Below, one piece after another: positions 24,403 to 36,254 of a DNA stretch of 64,000 nucleotides; the stretch's first letter is position 1, and every line of letters begins with the position of its first letter. Source of the DNA: Squalus acanthias (taxonomy: Eukaryota); NCBI GenBank assembly GCA_030390025.1, contig CM059431.1, forward strand, positions 144,896,001 through 144,960,000. Reading direction: 5' to 3'. The notes beneath the pieces were generated by a model. It did not search any database, was not told the origin of the DNA, and saw nothing but the letters and a program-made list of their open reading frames with translations. The translations under genes were made by a program, and so were the position numbers.

Positions 24403-24682
24403 GTTACTGTGAGAGAATCTATCAGAATTCACAGAATATAAAAACAGAGAAAATGCGTAGATTAAATCTTTCCCTACATCAAAGACACACTAAGAGCACA
24501 GCCAAGACAATGAGATGTGTCCCAGGGGGTCCAGGTGTTCTGACGCGTTGGACCCCCTGGGACACATCTCATTGTCTTGGCTGTGCTCTTAGTGTGTCTT
24601 TGATGTAGGGAAAGATTTAATCTATGCATTTTCTCTGTGTTTTTATATTCTGTGAATTCTGATAGATTCTCTCACAGTAACT

Positions 24683-24720
24683 TTGCCTGACGAAGGGGCG
24701 ACAGCTCCGAAAGCTTGTAA
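24683..24720 (+). ncRNA. Minimal type I hammerhead ribozyme motif
   Basis: ttgc-CTGACGA-aggggc gaca gctcc-GAAA-gc-TT-gtaa: CUGANGA and GAAA core, stem II ggggc/gctcc, palindromic aagctt in place of stem III, stem I ttgc/gtaa. Confidence 0.72.
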
Positions 24721-26347
24721 TTTAAAAAAAATCTGTTGGACTATAACCTGGTGTTGTGCGACTTCTCATTTTTGACCATGACATCGGAAGATTAGAGATA
24801 CCATGCAAGGCCGACTCGTGTAACAATTAGGAACTCTTTAGCATAATCCCAGGCTCAGTTACTGTTTTACTTGTGGATCCGAGTCAATTATAGACAGGCA
24901 ACGTAAAAGCTCTAACCTGAACTACCACCGCCGCTTCCTTCCCCTTGGGTTCAGGAGGAAAATTCCCGCACTGGGCGCAAAACTACGACACCAGGAGAAC
25001 TACATGCAGCCGGTAGATGAAAGAAAGCGCAAAAAAAGGCTGTGAAAAATAAAACACATTCCAACCAATAAATGTTAAAGGAAATTTCAACCAACAGATT
25101 AAACAATATATGCGGTGTCCATCAATCAGAAAAAGCGTGGAAAGATCGAGTGGACACTGCGCTGGCTGTATTCTATGGGTAACCGGGTATATTGAAGATG
25201 AGACCAGTGGAAGCAGTCCACGACATCTCCTCTGATGATCTTACACATCCTGCAGTGTGAACGGTGGATTTGACCAATCCCAGGGGCAGCCTCTCCTCCA
25301 CATCTTCCAATCACTAACACAAACTCCGAAGCTTATATTGGAAAACAGTTTCAGCTGAGGCATAACAGGAGGGCGTAAAAAATGTTAGTTAATTGGCACA
25401 AGTTTTCATCTGATGTCTTTGCACCGAACAACGCTCTCAAACCCAGGTCCCCAGTGGGGCTGGGCGGAGCTCCCAATACACCGCCTTGCACTGGGGATAC
25501 CCGGTCAACAACAGCTGGTAAAAGGCAGGGGGTATTACATATTACTGTCTGTGTGCAAACACAGGCAGAGGATTGTTCCAGCTCAATACCTGACTATTAC
25601 ATTGTACAGATCGTTGAATTAACTTCCCCTAGTATTTAGGATATTAGAAATTCTTACACAGCTTTACCTGTGTAACCAGGTGACTGATTCAGATTAACTG
25701 CTGTCAGGTTCCCTGTGACAAATTTCGTAAAAGCAAATAAAAGCTTTATTTTAGTGTTGCTGGGCAACCTTCGATTATTTCTCAGTAATAGAGACATCAG
25801 AAAAAAAACGGGCAAAACGAGGCAACTTCAGTTAACATTCATAAAATGGTGAAACATTGCGACACTGTGAAGGAGACAGCGGCATCGCTCCTTATTCCCA
25901 GGAGACGGGATGAGGCGGTCGGTGCCGCTGCAATCAGTCCAAGCAACACATTCAGCAAACCTCTGAGAAAAAGTAAGGTCACCAGGAGTTCTAAACCACC
26001 GAATCTTATCCTAAATCTGGCGGATATTCCTATCAATTACACGGTAGAATTAAATTACAGTCCTCCCTCTGTCAGATATTAAACCCGTTGATCAAATATT
26101 CTGTTCCATTATTAAACTTCATTTATCACTGACACTTTTCATACTAAAGGCTTATTTGTCAGGAGTCATCAGTTAATGAACTGTGAAAACCCAACGTCAA
26201 TGTTGAGTTAAATGACACGGGGCACACATAGATTCGCGTTCCTGTGAGATATTACAAGAACCATCTTGATGTGGCTGTAAGGAGAGAGAACCCCAGTTTA
26301 AGCTGGAATAGGAGCTAAAAGTGAATTCTAATGTTGCAAAGAAGGCT

Positions 26348-27262
26348 CTACTTCGAAATTCTTTTATTTTTAACCAATCTTAGAATCTGTGTCCAGGGAG
26401 ATTTCAGCAACTTCTTCAGCTTTTCTTTGAGTTTCCTCTGGGTCGCTGCATAAATACATGTGTTCAGACAGGAACTCAAAAGCTTCAGCATGGCTCCGGT
26501 TTCAGTGGCGATATAGTCTGTGTTTGTGAGGTCACCTCGGTAATAATTGATGTTTGTCAGTCCGGCAGTTGCAAAACTCACTACAGCTGTCAACCACAAC
26601 AGTATAAAACTGCCCGATATAGTAAACAGTAAAATTATAGATTTCCTTCGGTTCACCATCTCTGGGTCACACTGATTCTCACTCGCGTGACTCCGGAGTC
26701 CCCTGCGAGCTCTACTGGCCACTAAAATACGACTGATTGTCAAAGAATTGCACAAGGCGATTAAAGTAAAAGGAAGCCAAACTACCCAGACAGTGAGAAA
26801 CCAGAGGTAGGCTACACCTGGAGGTGAGGAAAAGAAGGCCACACTTGACAGGCAGCCCCACTGCACCTTGTTAATTATTTGCTGAGGTTCATACGCAAAC
26901 AAAAAGGTGATGTTTTTCAACAAGATCAGAACAGAGAACGTTGTTACAACCGCGACCGCAGTACTTTCGGTGCAATACTTTGTTTTAAACTTCTGGCAGC
27001 AGATAACAACAAATCGGTCAAATGTGAAGGAGACGGTGAACCAAACAGACAAATCGAGGGTGACAGCAGTCATGAATAGAATGAACTTACACACGGGAGT
27101 TTGATGCAGGAATGAACCTGGAAAGTGATAACTGAGAATGTGATACACCATTACATTGAAGATCATGACCAGTAGATCTGCTGTTGCCATGGCCACCATG
27201 TAGACAGAGATACCCTTGGAAAGGCCGCAGTTTCCTCGGGAGAGAATCACCATTGTCACCAA
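26348..27262 (-). CDS. GPR139-like rhodopsin-class GPCR, paralog 1, exon 2 (open 304-codon frame; gene possibly inactivated by loss of the splice acceptor)
   Basis: Hydrophobic TM pattern with MATADLLV (TM2), FTFDRF (DRY-equivalent), a Cys pair, WLPF (TM5) and SSCLNTCIY (TM7). Confidence 0.88.
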   Translation of the reverse strand: MVTMVILSRGNCGLSKGISVYMVAMATADLLVMIFNVMVYHILSYHFPGSFLHQTPVCKFILFMTAVTLDLSVWFTVSFTFDRFVVICCQKFKTKYCTESTAVAVVTTFSVLILLKNITFLFAYEPQQIINKVQWGCLSSVAFFSSPPGVAYLWFLTVWVVWLPFTLIALCNSLTISRILVASRARRGLRSHASENQCDPEMVNRRKSIILLFTISGSFILLWLTAVVSFATAGLTNINYYRGDLTNTDYIATETGAMLKLLSSCLNTCIYAATQRKLKEKLKKLLKSPWTQILRLVKNKRISK

Positions 27263-27441
27263 GTGAGGTTAGCTGATTAAGGGGAACGCGGGAAGTGCAG
27301 ACACACGGTTCACGAGTTGGTTCCAGTCACTACCGACTGTGCTGACTTCAGCGAAACACGTTACCTTATTCACCAGACTGTAAGAACAGGGGGGACAATT
27401 AACACCGATTAACAACAAACGGGTTTAAATGGCTCACTAAC

Positions 27442-27511
27442 CGGGGACACCGACGGCTGCGAGAATCGGGTAGTAAATCTCTTTTATCAGTAGAATATTT
27501 GGTCGCCCCAT
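27442..27511 (-). CDS. GPR139-like paralog 1, exon 1 (MGRPNILLIKEIYYPILAAVGVP)
   Basis: ATG at 27511, 70 nt, phase-1 donor G|GTTAGT; homologous to exon 1 of the other two paralogs. Confidence 0.8.
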
Positions 27512-27574
27512 TTTCTGTGAGAATGGATGACTTCTGTAGGAGATGAAAGACTCTGACTGGCGCACGGCTGAGGC

Positions 27575-27830
27575 AATGGAAGGGAACCTATATTTATCCA
27601 CACATCAATCCTCTAGGGAGTCAATCAGGTTAAATCATAATTAGCATTAGTTACAGTCATTTCACAAATAGACTCAGCTAAGTTGTTTTGCTTAGCTGAT
27701 ATGTCAGATTTAGGGAACTGTATGAAACTGTTATTTGAGAGTTTAACAAATACAGAGTTAAAATATTGTTTACAAGTGAAAAATTCAATCTCCCAGACTC
27801 GTGCTGTTTCGATTCGAACAGACCTGCTGA
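27575..27830 (-). promoter_or_regulatory. Conserved upstream region of paralog 1
   Basis: Collinear with 56220-56450 in reverse; contains tgactgtaactaatgctaattatgatttaacctgattgac and a TATA-like ataaatata. Confidence 0.55.
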
Positions 27831-27969
27831 AGGATAATCCCCTTCTACTAATCGCCATGACCCTGCCCATTATTCACTCCTAATACTCCAAATTCTCCAG
27901 ATTAGCCGGTGAAACATATCCTGCAATACTGGTGATGAACCCAGTCTGGCAGCATTAGCCATGATCTTG

Positions 27970-29460
27970 TTGCTCCAGTGCTAATCGTAGCCTACAATTA
28001 TACTAGAGTTGACTGTGCTTCTCCTGTACAAAATGGCACCCCTACACTTATACTAGAGGTGACTGTGCTCCTCCTGTACCAGTGGTGCCCTGGCCTTATA
28101 CTACAGTGGACGGTGCTCCTCCGGTAAAAGCGACACCCCTACACGTATACTAGAGTTGACTGTGCTCCTCCTGTACAAAATGTCACCCCTACACTTATAC
28201 TAGAGTTCACTGTGCTCCTCATGTAGAAGTGGCACCCCTACACTTATACTAAGGTTCACTGTGCTCCTCCTGTACAAGTGACACCCCTACACTTATACTG
28301 GAGTTCACTGTGCTCCTCCTGTACCAGTGGTGCCCTGGCCTTATATTACAGTTCACTGTGCTCCTCCTGTACAAGTGCTGCCCTGCCCTTATACTAGAGG
28401 TGACTGTGTTCCTCCTGTACATGTGGCACCCCTACACTTACAGTAGAGGTCTCCGTGCTCCTCAGGTAATAGTAGCATCCCTATACTTGAGCAGTAGCAC
28501 TACACTAACATTAGTATTGACAGTGATCCTCCGGTACTAGTGGTACTCCTCCACTGACACTAGATCTGCAAGGGCTCCTCCAGCAGAAATGGTTCTGCTA
28601 CACTTACTCTAGAGTTGACCGTGCAAGTCCGGTAAGAATGGTATCAATACAATTGCACTAGCGGTGACCGTGCTTCTCCAGTAACAGGAGACACTTACAC
28701 TTACACTAGTGTTGAGCCTACTTCTACAGTAATAGTGGTATCACTACACCAACACTAGTGTTGACCGTGCACCTCCCGTATTAGTCGTACCCATAATATT
28801 ATCATAGAGTGGACCGTGCTCATCCGGAGCTTGTGGTATCCTACACTTACACGAGATGTGAGCGTGTTCCTCCTTCACTACTGGTAACAATAAAGCTACA
28901 CAACAGTTGACCGCGCTCATCCGGTACTAGTGGTACACAACACTAGATAGAAGTGAATATGTGAAAGCTGATGAAGAACATGTTCGCTGACGACACCCAG
29001 CTCTACTTCCCTACCACCTGTCCTGATCGCTCCGCTGTCTCTAACGAGTCAATTCTTGTCCAACATCCAGTACATGCGCAGAAATTGTTTCCAACTAAAT
29101 ATTAGGAAGATCAAATTAATTGCCTTCGGTCATCGCCACAAACAACGTACATTAGCCACCAAATCCAGCCCTCTCCCTACGATGTATGTGACTTTGAGCA
29201 CCGATACTGGTGGTACCCTACACTTTCACCAGAGGTGGCCGTGCTCCTCTGGTACTAGTGGCTCCTACACTTACACTGGGTGTGAGCGTTCTCCTCCTGT
29301 ACTAGTGGCACCTACATGTACATTTGAAGTGACTTTGCTATTCCGTTATTACTCGCACCGCTGCATTTACACTAGATGTGACCCTGCTCCTCCGGTACTA
29401 GTGCAACACCTGCACTTCCACTAGTTGTGACCACCCTCCTTCGGTACTGGTAGTACACAA
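27970..29460. repeat. 48-bp minisatellite (ctacacttatactagagttgactgtgctcctcctgtacaagtggcacc-like)
   Basis: Tandem units; reverse complement of the 51575-56090 array; interrupted by an L2 fragment. Confidence 0.9.
28980..29178 (+). mobile_element. L2 RT fragment
   Basis: MFADDTQLY...FQLNIRKIKLIAFG. Confidence 0.75.
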
Positions 29461-29469
29461 CATTTACTT

Positions 29470-31250
29470 TCATTCATGTTATGTGGGCGTCGCTGGCAAG
29501 GCCAGCAGTTGTTGCCCACCTATAATTACCCTTCAGAAGTTAGTGGTGAGCCGCCTTCTTGAAATCGCTGCAGTCCGTGTGGTGAAGTTACTCCCATAGT
29601 GCTGTTAGTGAGGGATTTCCAGAATTTTGAGCCAGCGACGATGAAGGATCGGCGATATATTTCCAAGTGAGGATGGTGTGTTACTTGCGGTTGAACTTGG
29701 AGGTGGTGGTTTTCCCATTCGCCTACTGCTCTTGTTCTTCTAGGTGGTAGAGGTCGCTGATTTTTGAGGTGCAGTCGAAGATGCCTTGACAAGTTTCTGC
29801 AGTGCATCTTTTAGATCGTACACACTGCAGCCATCGCACACCGGTAGTGGAGGGAGTGAATGTTTATCGTGGTAGATAGGGTGCCAATCAAGCGTGCTGC
29901 CTTGTACTGGATAATGTCGAGCTTCTTGAATGTTGTTGGAGCTGCACTCATCCGGGCAAGTGGAGAGAATTTCATCACACTCCGGACTTATGCCTTGTGG
30001 ATGGTGGTAATGCTTTATGGAGTCAGGAGGTGAGACACTCGCTGCAGAAAACCCAGCCTCTGACCTACTCTTGTAGCCACAGTATGTATGTGGCTTGTTC
30101 AGTTAAGTTTCTGGTCAAAGATGACACCCATGTTGTTAGAGGTGGGGGATTCGGCGATTGTAATGCTATTGAATGTCAAGGGGCGGTGGTTAGAATCTCT
30201 CTTGTTGAAGAAAGTCATTGCCTCGCACTTGTGTGGCACGAATGTTACCTGCCACATATCAGCCAAGGCCAGAATGTCGTCCAGGTCTTGCTGCATGCTG
30301 GCATGGTCTGCTTGATTTTCGGAGGAGTTGTGAATGGAACTGAACTCTGTGCAATCATTAACGAACGTCCCCAATTTTCACCTTACGATGAAGCACCTGA
30401 AGATGGTTGGACCTAGGACACTGCTCTGAGGAATTCGTACAGCGATGTCCTGAGGCTGAGGTGATTGACCCCCAACAGCGACAGCTATCTTCCTTTGTGG
30501 TAGGTATGACTCCAACCAGTGGAGCGTTTTCCCCCCGATTCGCATTGACTTCAGTTTTACTAGGGCTCCTTGATGCCACACTCGGTCAAATGCTGCCTTG
30601 ATGTCAAAGGCAGTCACTCTCACCTCACCTCTGGGATTCAGCTCCTTTGTACATGTTTGGACGAAGGCTGTAATGAGGTCGGGAGCCAAGTGGTCTTGGC
30701 GGAACCCAAACTGGGAAACAGTGAGCAGGTTATTGTGAGTAAGTGCCGCTTGATATCACTGCCGACGACACCGTCCATCACTTTGCTGGTAATTGAGAGA
30801 AGACTAATGGGGCGGTAAGTGGCTGCATTGGATTTGCCCTGCTTTCTGTGGATAGGACATACCTGGGCAGTTTTCCACATTGTCTGGTAGATGCCAGTGT
30901 TGTACCTGTACTACAACATCTTGGCTAGAGGCGCAGCTAATTCTGGATCACAATCTTCAGCACGACAGCCGGGATGTTGTCAGGGCCCATAGCCTTTGCT
31001 GTATCCAGTGCGCTGATCCGTTTCTTGATATCACGTGGAGTGAATCTAATTAGCTGAAGACTTGCTTCTGTGATAATGGGGACTTCAGGAGGAGGTCGAG
31101 ATGAATCATTCACTAGGCACTTCTGACTGAAGATGGTTGCAAATGCTTCAGCCTTGTCTTTTTCACTTGCCTGCTGGACTCTTCCTTCATTTAGGATGTT
31201 GATGTTTCTGGAGCCTCCTCCTCCCGTTAATTGCTTAATTGTCAGCATCG
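29470..31250 (-). mobile_element. 5'-truncated CR1-group LINE family B
   Basis: ORFs 29526-31248 include AFDIKAAFDRVWHQG, WQVTFVPHKC and YRPISLLS. Confidence 0.95.
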
Positions 31251-31879
31251 TTCACTTTCCGAAGAGGTGGCAGTTTGGAACGTGCGCTGGGAAACTCTGG
31301 CGCTGATTTTCCGACGGTCTAAAATTTTCACCACCCGCCCTGCCCGTTGCATGAAAATGGAAATTCAATTCTGTTGGAATTTCCAGCTCTACCGTCCGTA
31401 GCCCGACTCACAAACCCCCACCAAAGAGATGCTGTTTGTTGCTCGGTGGCGGTTGTAGGAGCGATTCCTATTGGAACCACTTTATTAGGATTGTGCACGT
31501 GGGGAAACTTTCTTTCTGGAAATTACATGTTTTTGGCCTTTTACTATCGCCAGCTCACGAACGGGTTTTCCATCACCACCGGTGCTGTGGGATATTTTGT
31601 ACCTTCCCCTGCACCTGTGTCTATGAAGAGCAGGAACAGGAGAACGATGAGGAGCAGCAGGGCAAGCAGGCAGCTGGAGACTCGCTTCAGGACGATTTCG
31701 CCCAGGAGAGCCCAGTCCCCGCTGTCAGATATCTGTGACCGCAAGTCAGAGGTGGCACCAGACCAGGAATAAGATCAGGGACATCTGAAAAATAAACCAG
31801 TCCTGCTATCACGGAGCTCTCCTCCACAACCAACCAGCCTCCCAGCGGAAAACATCCTGATTCTTTTTTTACAAACAAT

Positions 31880-32385
31880 TACATATAATCTACAGCACAG
31901 AAACCGGCCATTCGGCCCCACTGATCCAGGCCGGTGTTCATGCTCCACACGAGACTCCTCCCACCCTACGTTTGTAAAGCTATCAGCATATCCTTCTATT
32001 CCTTTCTCCCTCATGTACTTACACAGCTTCCCTTTAAATACATCTAAGCTATTTGCCTCAATTTTTCCATATTGTAGCGAGTTCCACATTTTCACAACAT
32101 TCTGAGTAAAGAAGTTTCTCCTGAATTCCCAATTGGATTTATTGGTGACTATCGAATATGGTCCCGAGTTCGGATACTCCAGCAAGTGGAAACATCTTCT
32201 CTACATCTACCCTATCAAAGCCCTTCATAAGTTTAAAGACCTCTGTCAGGTCACCCATCAGCCTTCTCTTTTCTAGAGAAAAAGCCCCAGCCTGTTCAAT
32301 TTTTATTGATAGTTATATCCTCTCAATTCTGGTATAAATCTTGGAAATATTTGTTGAAACTTCTCCGGTGAATCTCTATCCTTTT
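31880..32385 (-). mobile_element. CR1 3' fragment
   Basis: FRRNFFTQNVVKMWNSL; tail similar to 10517-10620. Confidence 0.9.
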
Positions 32386-32999
32386 ACTAATACGTCTATC
32401 TCACCGGGACATCCCACCTTGCCCAAATTATTTCCCCTTATCCAAATAGTACTAAAAATGAAAGGAAACCATTCTGTGTGCTTTCCTCTTTTGATAACCC
32501 GCGGTGCTCCTGCCGATTCCTACAATTAAACGCCCTTTCATCCCAAACTCTCCGCTCTCCTCAGTGGGCCTTTTCCACCAGGCGGTTCTGACCTGATTGA
32601 CTGAAGCTGTCCAGCACGTTTCTTGTGGGACTGAGGCGGCACATCCTTAGATTTGGTGGCGGGTTGTTTCCCATTTCAGAAAAAAGTGCAGAAAATGAAG
32701 CCGCACTGCTTGGCTTTATCTGGAATGTAACCCTGGGGCCAGAAAGCAGTCCTTAATGTGGGAGATAACAGGGGCAGAAAGCTGAAAATAAGCGGCATGT
32801 GACTCTTCCACTGATTTCCGACATGTCGGTCTGAGTGAAGGAAGGCCTGTCGGGAAGTGATGTGGTGGGGTGAAGGGTCTTGAGGTCCCTCCTGCACATT
32901 GCTATCCAGCTCTTCTGGTAATCAATGGAAAGAGGCCCGGCGGCTGGTAATGGTGAACATGGTTATTATAGCGCACTGTTAGATGGGGCACTGACTCCT

Positions 33000-33220
33000 G
33001 TTACCTTGGCTGCTCCGTTGAGTTCACTGAAATTCTTCCACCTTTCAGTAGCCAAGCAGGCATTGCTGGAGGTGACAGTCACTGCCAAGGAAAACCACCT
33101 CCCACTGGGCTTGGACCGTGCCCTCCGCGGGCCTCCTGCCCTCAGGACCATGAAGGCGGATGGTCCTTTGTTGTATTTCACAGAGTAAGAAGAAGCTGAA
33201 GAGTGTGTGAATGTGAGGGC
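33000..33220 (-). mobile_element. Degenerate Myb/SANT-like (trihelix) ORF of a PIF/Harbinger transposon
   Basis: LLCEIQQRTIRLHGPEGRRPAEGTVQAQWEVV / AVTVTSS...RWKNFSELNGAAK across a frameshift, ending at a donor-like aag|gtaac. Confidence 0.5.
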
Positions 33221-34732
33221 TCTGTGTGTGAGGAACCAGCATCCTGAAACACTGCTGTGATCCAGATAGTTTCACAAACTATAGCCTTTATGTCCCATCC
33301 AAATTTAATGTTCCGCCCTAACCCGAGGCGGGATCCCAATATCGGGCGGTAAATGGGCTGTGTGCCTACGCTGGCAATTTCATTGGGGAAACCGGGGAAA
33401 GCTCTGCCGGGGTCAGGGTGGTGTCATTCAGGTAGGCGTAATTTCCGGTCGCAGTGCACTCGGGATGTTTATGAGCCAGGGAATGAAATCCAGACCCCGG
33501 AACAGATGTTTGTCTTTCCGCACTCTGGAGTAAAGTAGTGAGTAAACAGAGCGCACAGAGCAAAACAGGGCGAGGCGGATCCGCATTGAGCAAGAAAACT
33601 CGCCCAATGTTCCCTCCATTCTTTTTCCTATCTGTGCATCGCCCAGGCGATCCTTTAGTCCCCAGCGCTATGAGGGCGCATTCGCCCTCGGGGTCTTTAT
33701 CTGTCGGTGGGTCACTGTTCCTGACTCGGGTTGGCCCGGCCCTCTGACTCCCGCTTCTGCCTCGCTGTATGTTGTAAGATTGGTAGTTGAGAGCCTTTAT
33801 TTTGTCCGCTCAACACATCCTCCCAGCCCGACGGCCGCCGACTCAATGCTCATTTAATTTTATTGTTTGGACTACAGGAAACCCAAAATGCTTTGCTCTG
33901 AGTTTTATGGATCCACTGCCAGTGGACTGGGTTCTAGAGACTGAATTGGGCACGTTTCATCGCTACATGTGATTGACCAATAAAACTGGGGCTCTCGGTT
34001 TGCTAACCCAAGCGGGATTTTAGTGTAAATTCATTATTTACCCCTGGCTGGTAAAGTACATGCGCTCTTTATATAGAACACTCCATTATTCAGCATAACA
34101 CCACGATCTGGAGCTGGCCTCATCGAAAGAGGGAGTGTTCTCCCCATCTGGATCCTTCCCATAACGCTCCCATTCATGGTCAGGGCTCTCATTACGCCGG
34201 TGATCAATCAGGAGTTTATTCTCTTCCAGCAAGCCAGTTAATCTGCACTGTGGGATATTAAAGTGAGGCGTCACATCCCCCCTCTCGTTTTTTATCATTA
34301 TAAGAACCCTTTTCAATGCCGCTTCTTTCCGTCTTCTCTACAGCACAGACCGAGTCCGGCCTGACATGGTGAACTCTGTAGGGAGCAGTTGAGTTTCCAT
34401 TAGTTGAGATCAGACACTGAGCTGTGAGACTCTCTGCCCCACTGCTGATTACAGGGGAACGCGCTGTGAATCGGGATTGGATTCCTTTCCTGTGTTGAAC
34501 CAGTCGACTGTGATGACCAGCGATTCAGCGCAAACAATGGATTCTGTACAACCCAACCCCACTGATCATTGAAATGACCAAACCACCTAGATACATGTGG
34601 GTGACGGCACTGGCCTGGATGGACTGATCATTACAATAGATTGATCGCTGCAGCCCAATTCCACTGATCATTATAAATGCACCATGTAGGTACATGTGGA
34701 AAAGAGGATTGCCAAGGATGGACTGCTCATTA

Positions 34733-36230
34733 CAACAACAATAAACTTCATTTATATAATGCATTTAACTTAGTACAACTACTCAAGGTGCTTCACGTTA
34801 GTTTAATCAAACAAAACAGGATACCGAGCCACAGATGGAGATGGTAGGACAGGTGACCAACAGTTTGGTCAAAGGCGCAGGTTTTAAGGAGCTCTATAAA
34901 GAAGGAAATAAAGGCGGAAAGGTTAAGGGAGGGAATTCCAGAGTTTAGGGCCTAGGCAGCCGAAGGGACAGCCGCCAAGAGTGGGGAGAAGGAAGTTGTG
35001 GGGGGTGGGGTGGGGGGGGGGGCTGGGGGGTGCACAAGCGGCCAGATCTGGTTCAATGCAGAAATTTCTGAGGACTTTAAAGCTGGATAAAGTTACAGAG
35101 ATAGTTGAACGAGCAAAGGATGATGTTTCAATGGGACTTGTTGCAAGTTAGGTTATGGGCAGCAGAGTTTTGGGTAAGCTTATGTTTATGGAGGGTGGGA
35201 GACGGGAGACCGGACAGAATGCCATTGGATAGTCAAGTCTGGAGGTGGCAAAAGCATGGAGCGTTCTGGCGGTCAAAGGACCGGAGCTGGGAGATGTTAC
35301 GCAGTCTTTGTGATGGAGACGATATGAGGTCACAAGCTGAGCTGGGGCGCCGAGTTTGCGAACACGCTGGTTCAGCCTGAGACATTAGCCATGAACGTAA
35401 ATTGAATCGGTGGCGATAGAACGGAATTTGTCGCTGGGACCAACGACAATGGATTCAGACTGCCCAATGTTTAATTGAAGGCTCATCCACGACTGCAGGT
35501 CAGACAAGCGGTTTGACAACACAGAGGCAGTGGAGGGCATACATGTGAAATCTGACGTTCTGTTTCCAGATGATGCCGCCAAGCATGTAGATGAGAAATT
35601 GGAGGATGAAAGAGTATGACCTTTGGGCACACCAGAGGTAACGTTGCGAGAGTATGAAGATGAAGCCGTTGATGTATATTCTCTGGTGCTCCATAGGTAA
35701 GAGTGGAACCAGGTGAAGGCAGGAGAATGGAGGAGAGGCTTTTGAGGAGGCTGATGTGGTCAGTCATGTCGAAGACGGGAAGCATGAGGCAGGATAGTGC
35801 ACCCCGTTCACACTCACAGAGGATGTCGTTTCTGAATTCGATAAGGGCCCTTTCAGTGCTGTGGAAAAGGGAGAAAACTGATTGGAGAGATTTAGAAATG
35901 GAGTTGCGGAAAGATGAGCACGAATTTGGGAGACAACTGTACGTTCAATGGCTTTGGAGAGGAATAGGAGATTGGAGACGGGGCGATGGATTGCAAAGAT
36001 AGTGGTGAAGCTGCATTTGTTCGGAGGAGTGTGAGACGGCAGATTTGAAAGGGAGGGGACAGTACCAGAGCAGAGGGAATCATTCAAAGTATCAGCCAGC
36101 ATGGTGGCTAAGAACAGAAGTTGAGTAGTCAGCAATTATGTGGGATTTAGTTGGAATAGGGTCGAGAGAGCGCGAGGTGTATCACGTGGACAAAATGAGC
36201 TCGGAGAAGACATAACGGGAAATGGGGAAC
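34733..36230 (-). mobile_element. Degenerate L2 LINE 3' part
   Basis: HRPVSNLLFLSKAIERTV, VFDMTDHISLL, LQLNIGQSE, LHAFATSRLDY; (GTT)n tail. Confidence 0.85.
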
Positions 36231-36254
36231 ATCGGGGAATTCACGGTAATACAG

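Larger units (their letters stand above)
24278..24772. mobile_element. Penelope-like element insertion: inverted pseudo-LTR pair
   Basis: Near-perfect arms 24310-24533 and 24549-24774 with a 15-nt spacer; flanking direct repeat tgaccatgacatc (24265-24277, 24773-24785); a hammerhead motif in each arm. Confidence 0.85.

Noticed and set aside
31436..31772. Short ORFs with an acidic or hydrophobic stretch
   Set aside because: No recognisable domain; it may be transposon debris but I cannot support a call.
34086..34370. Possible exon fragment with a faint RGS-like FDEA motif
   Set aside because: The similarity is too short, there is an upstream in-frame stop, and there are no supporting exons.
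34550..34735. Two diverged tandem copies of about 100 bp
   Set aside because: Real, but an ordinary local duplication with no further structure.
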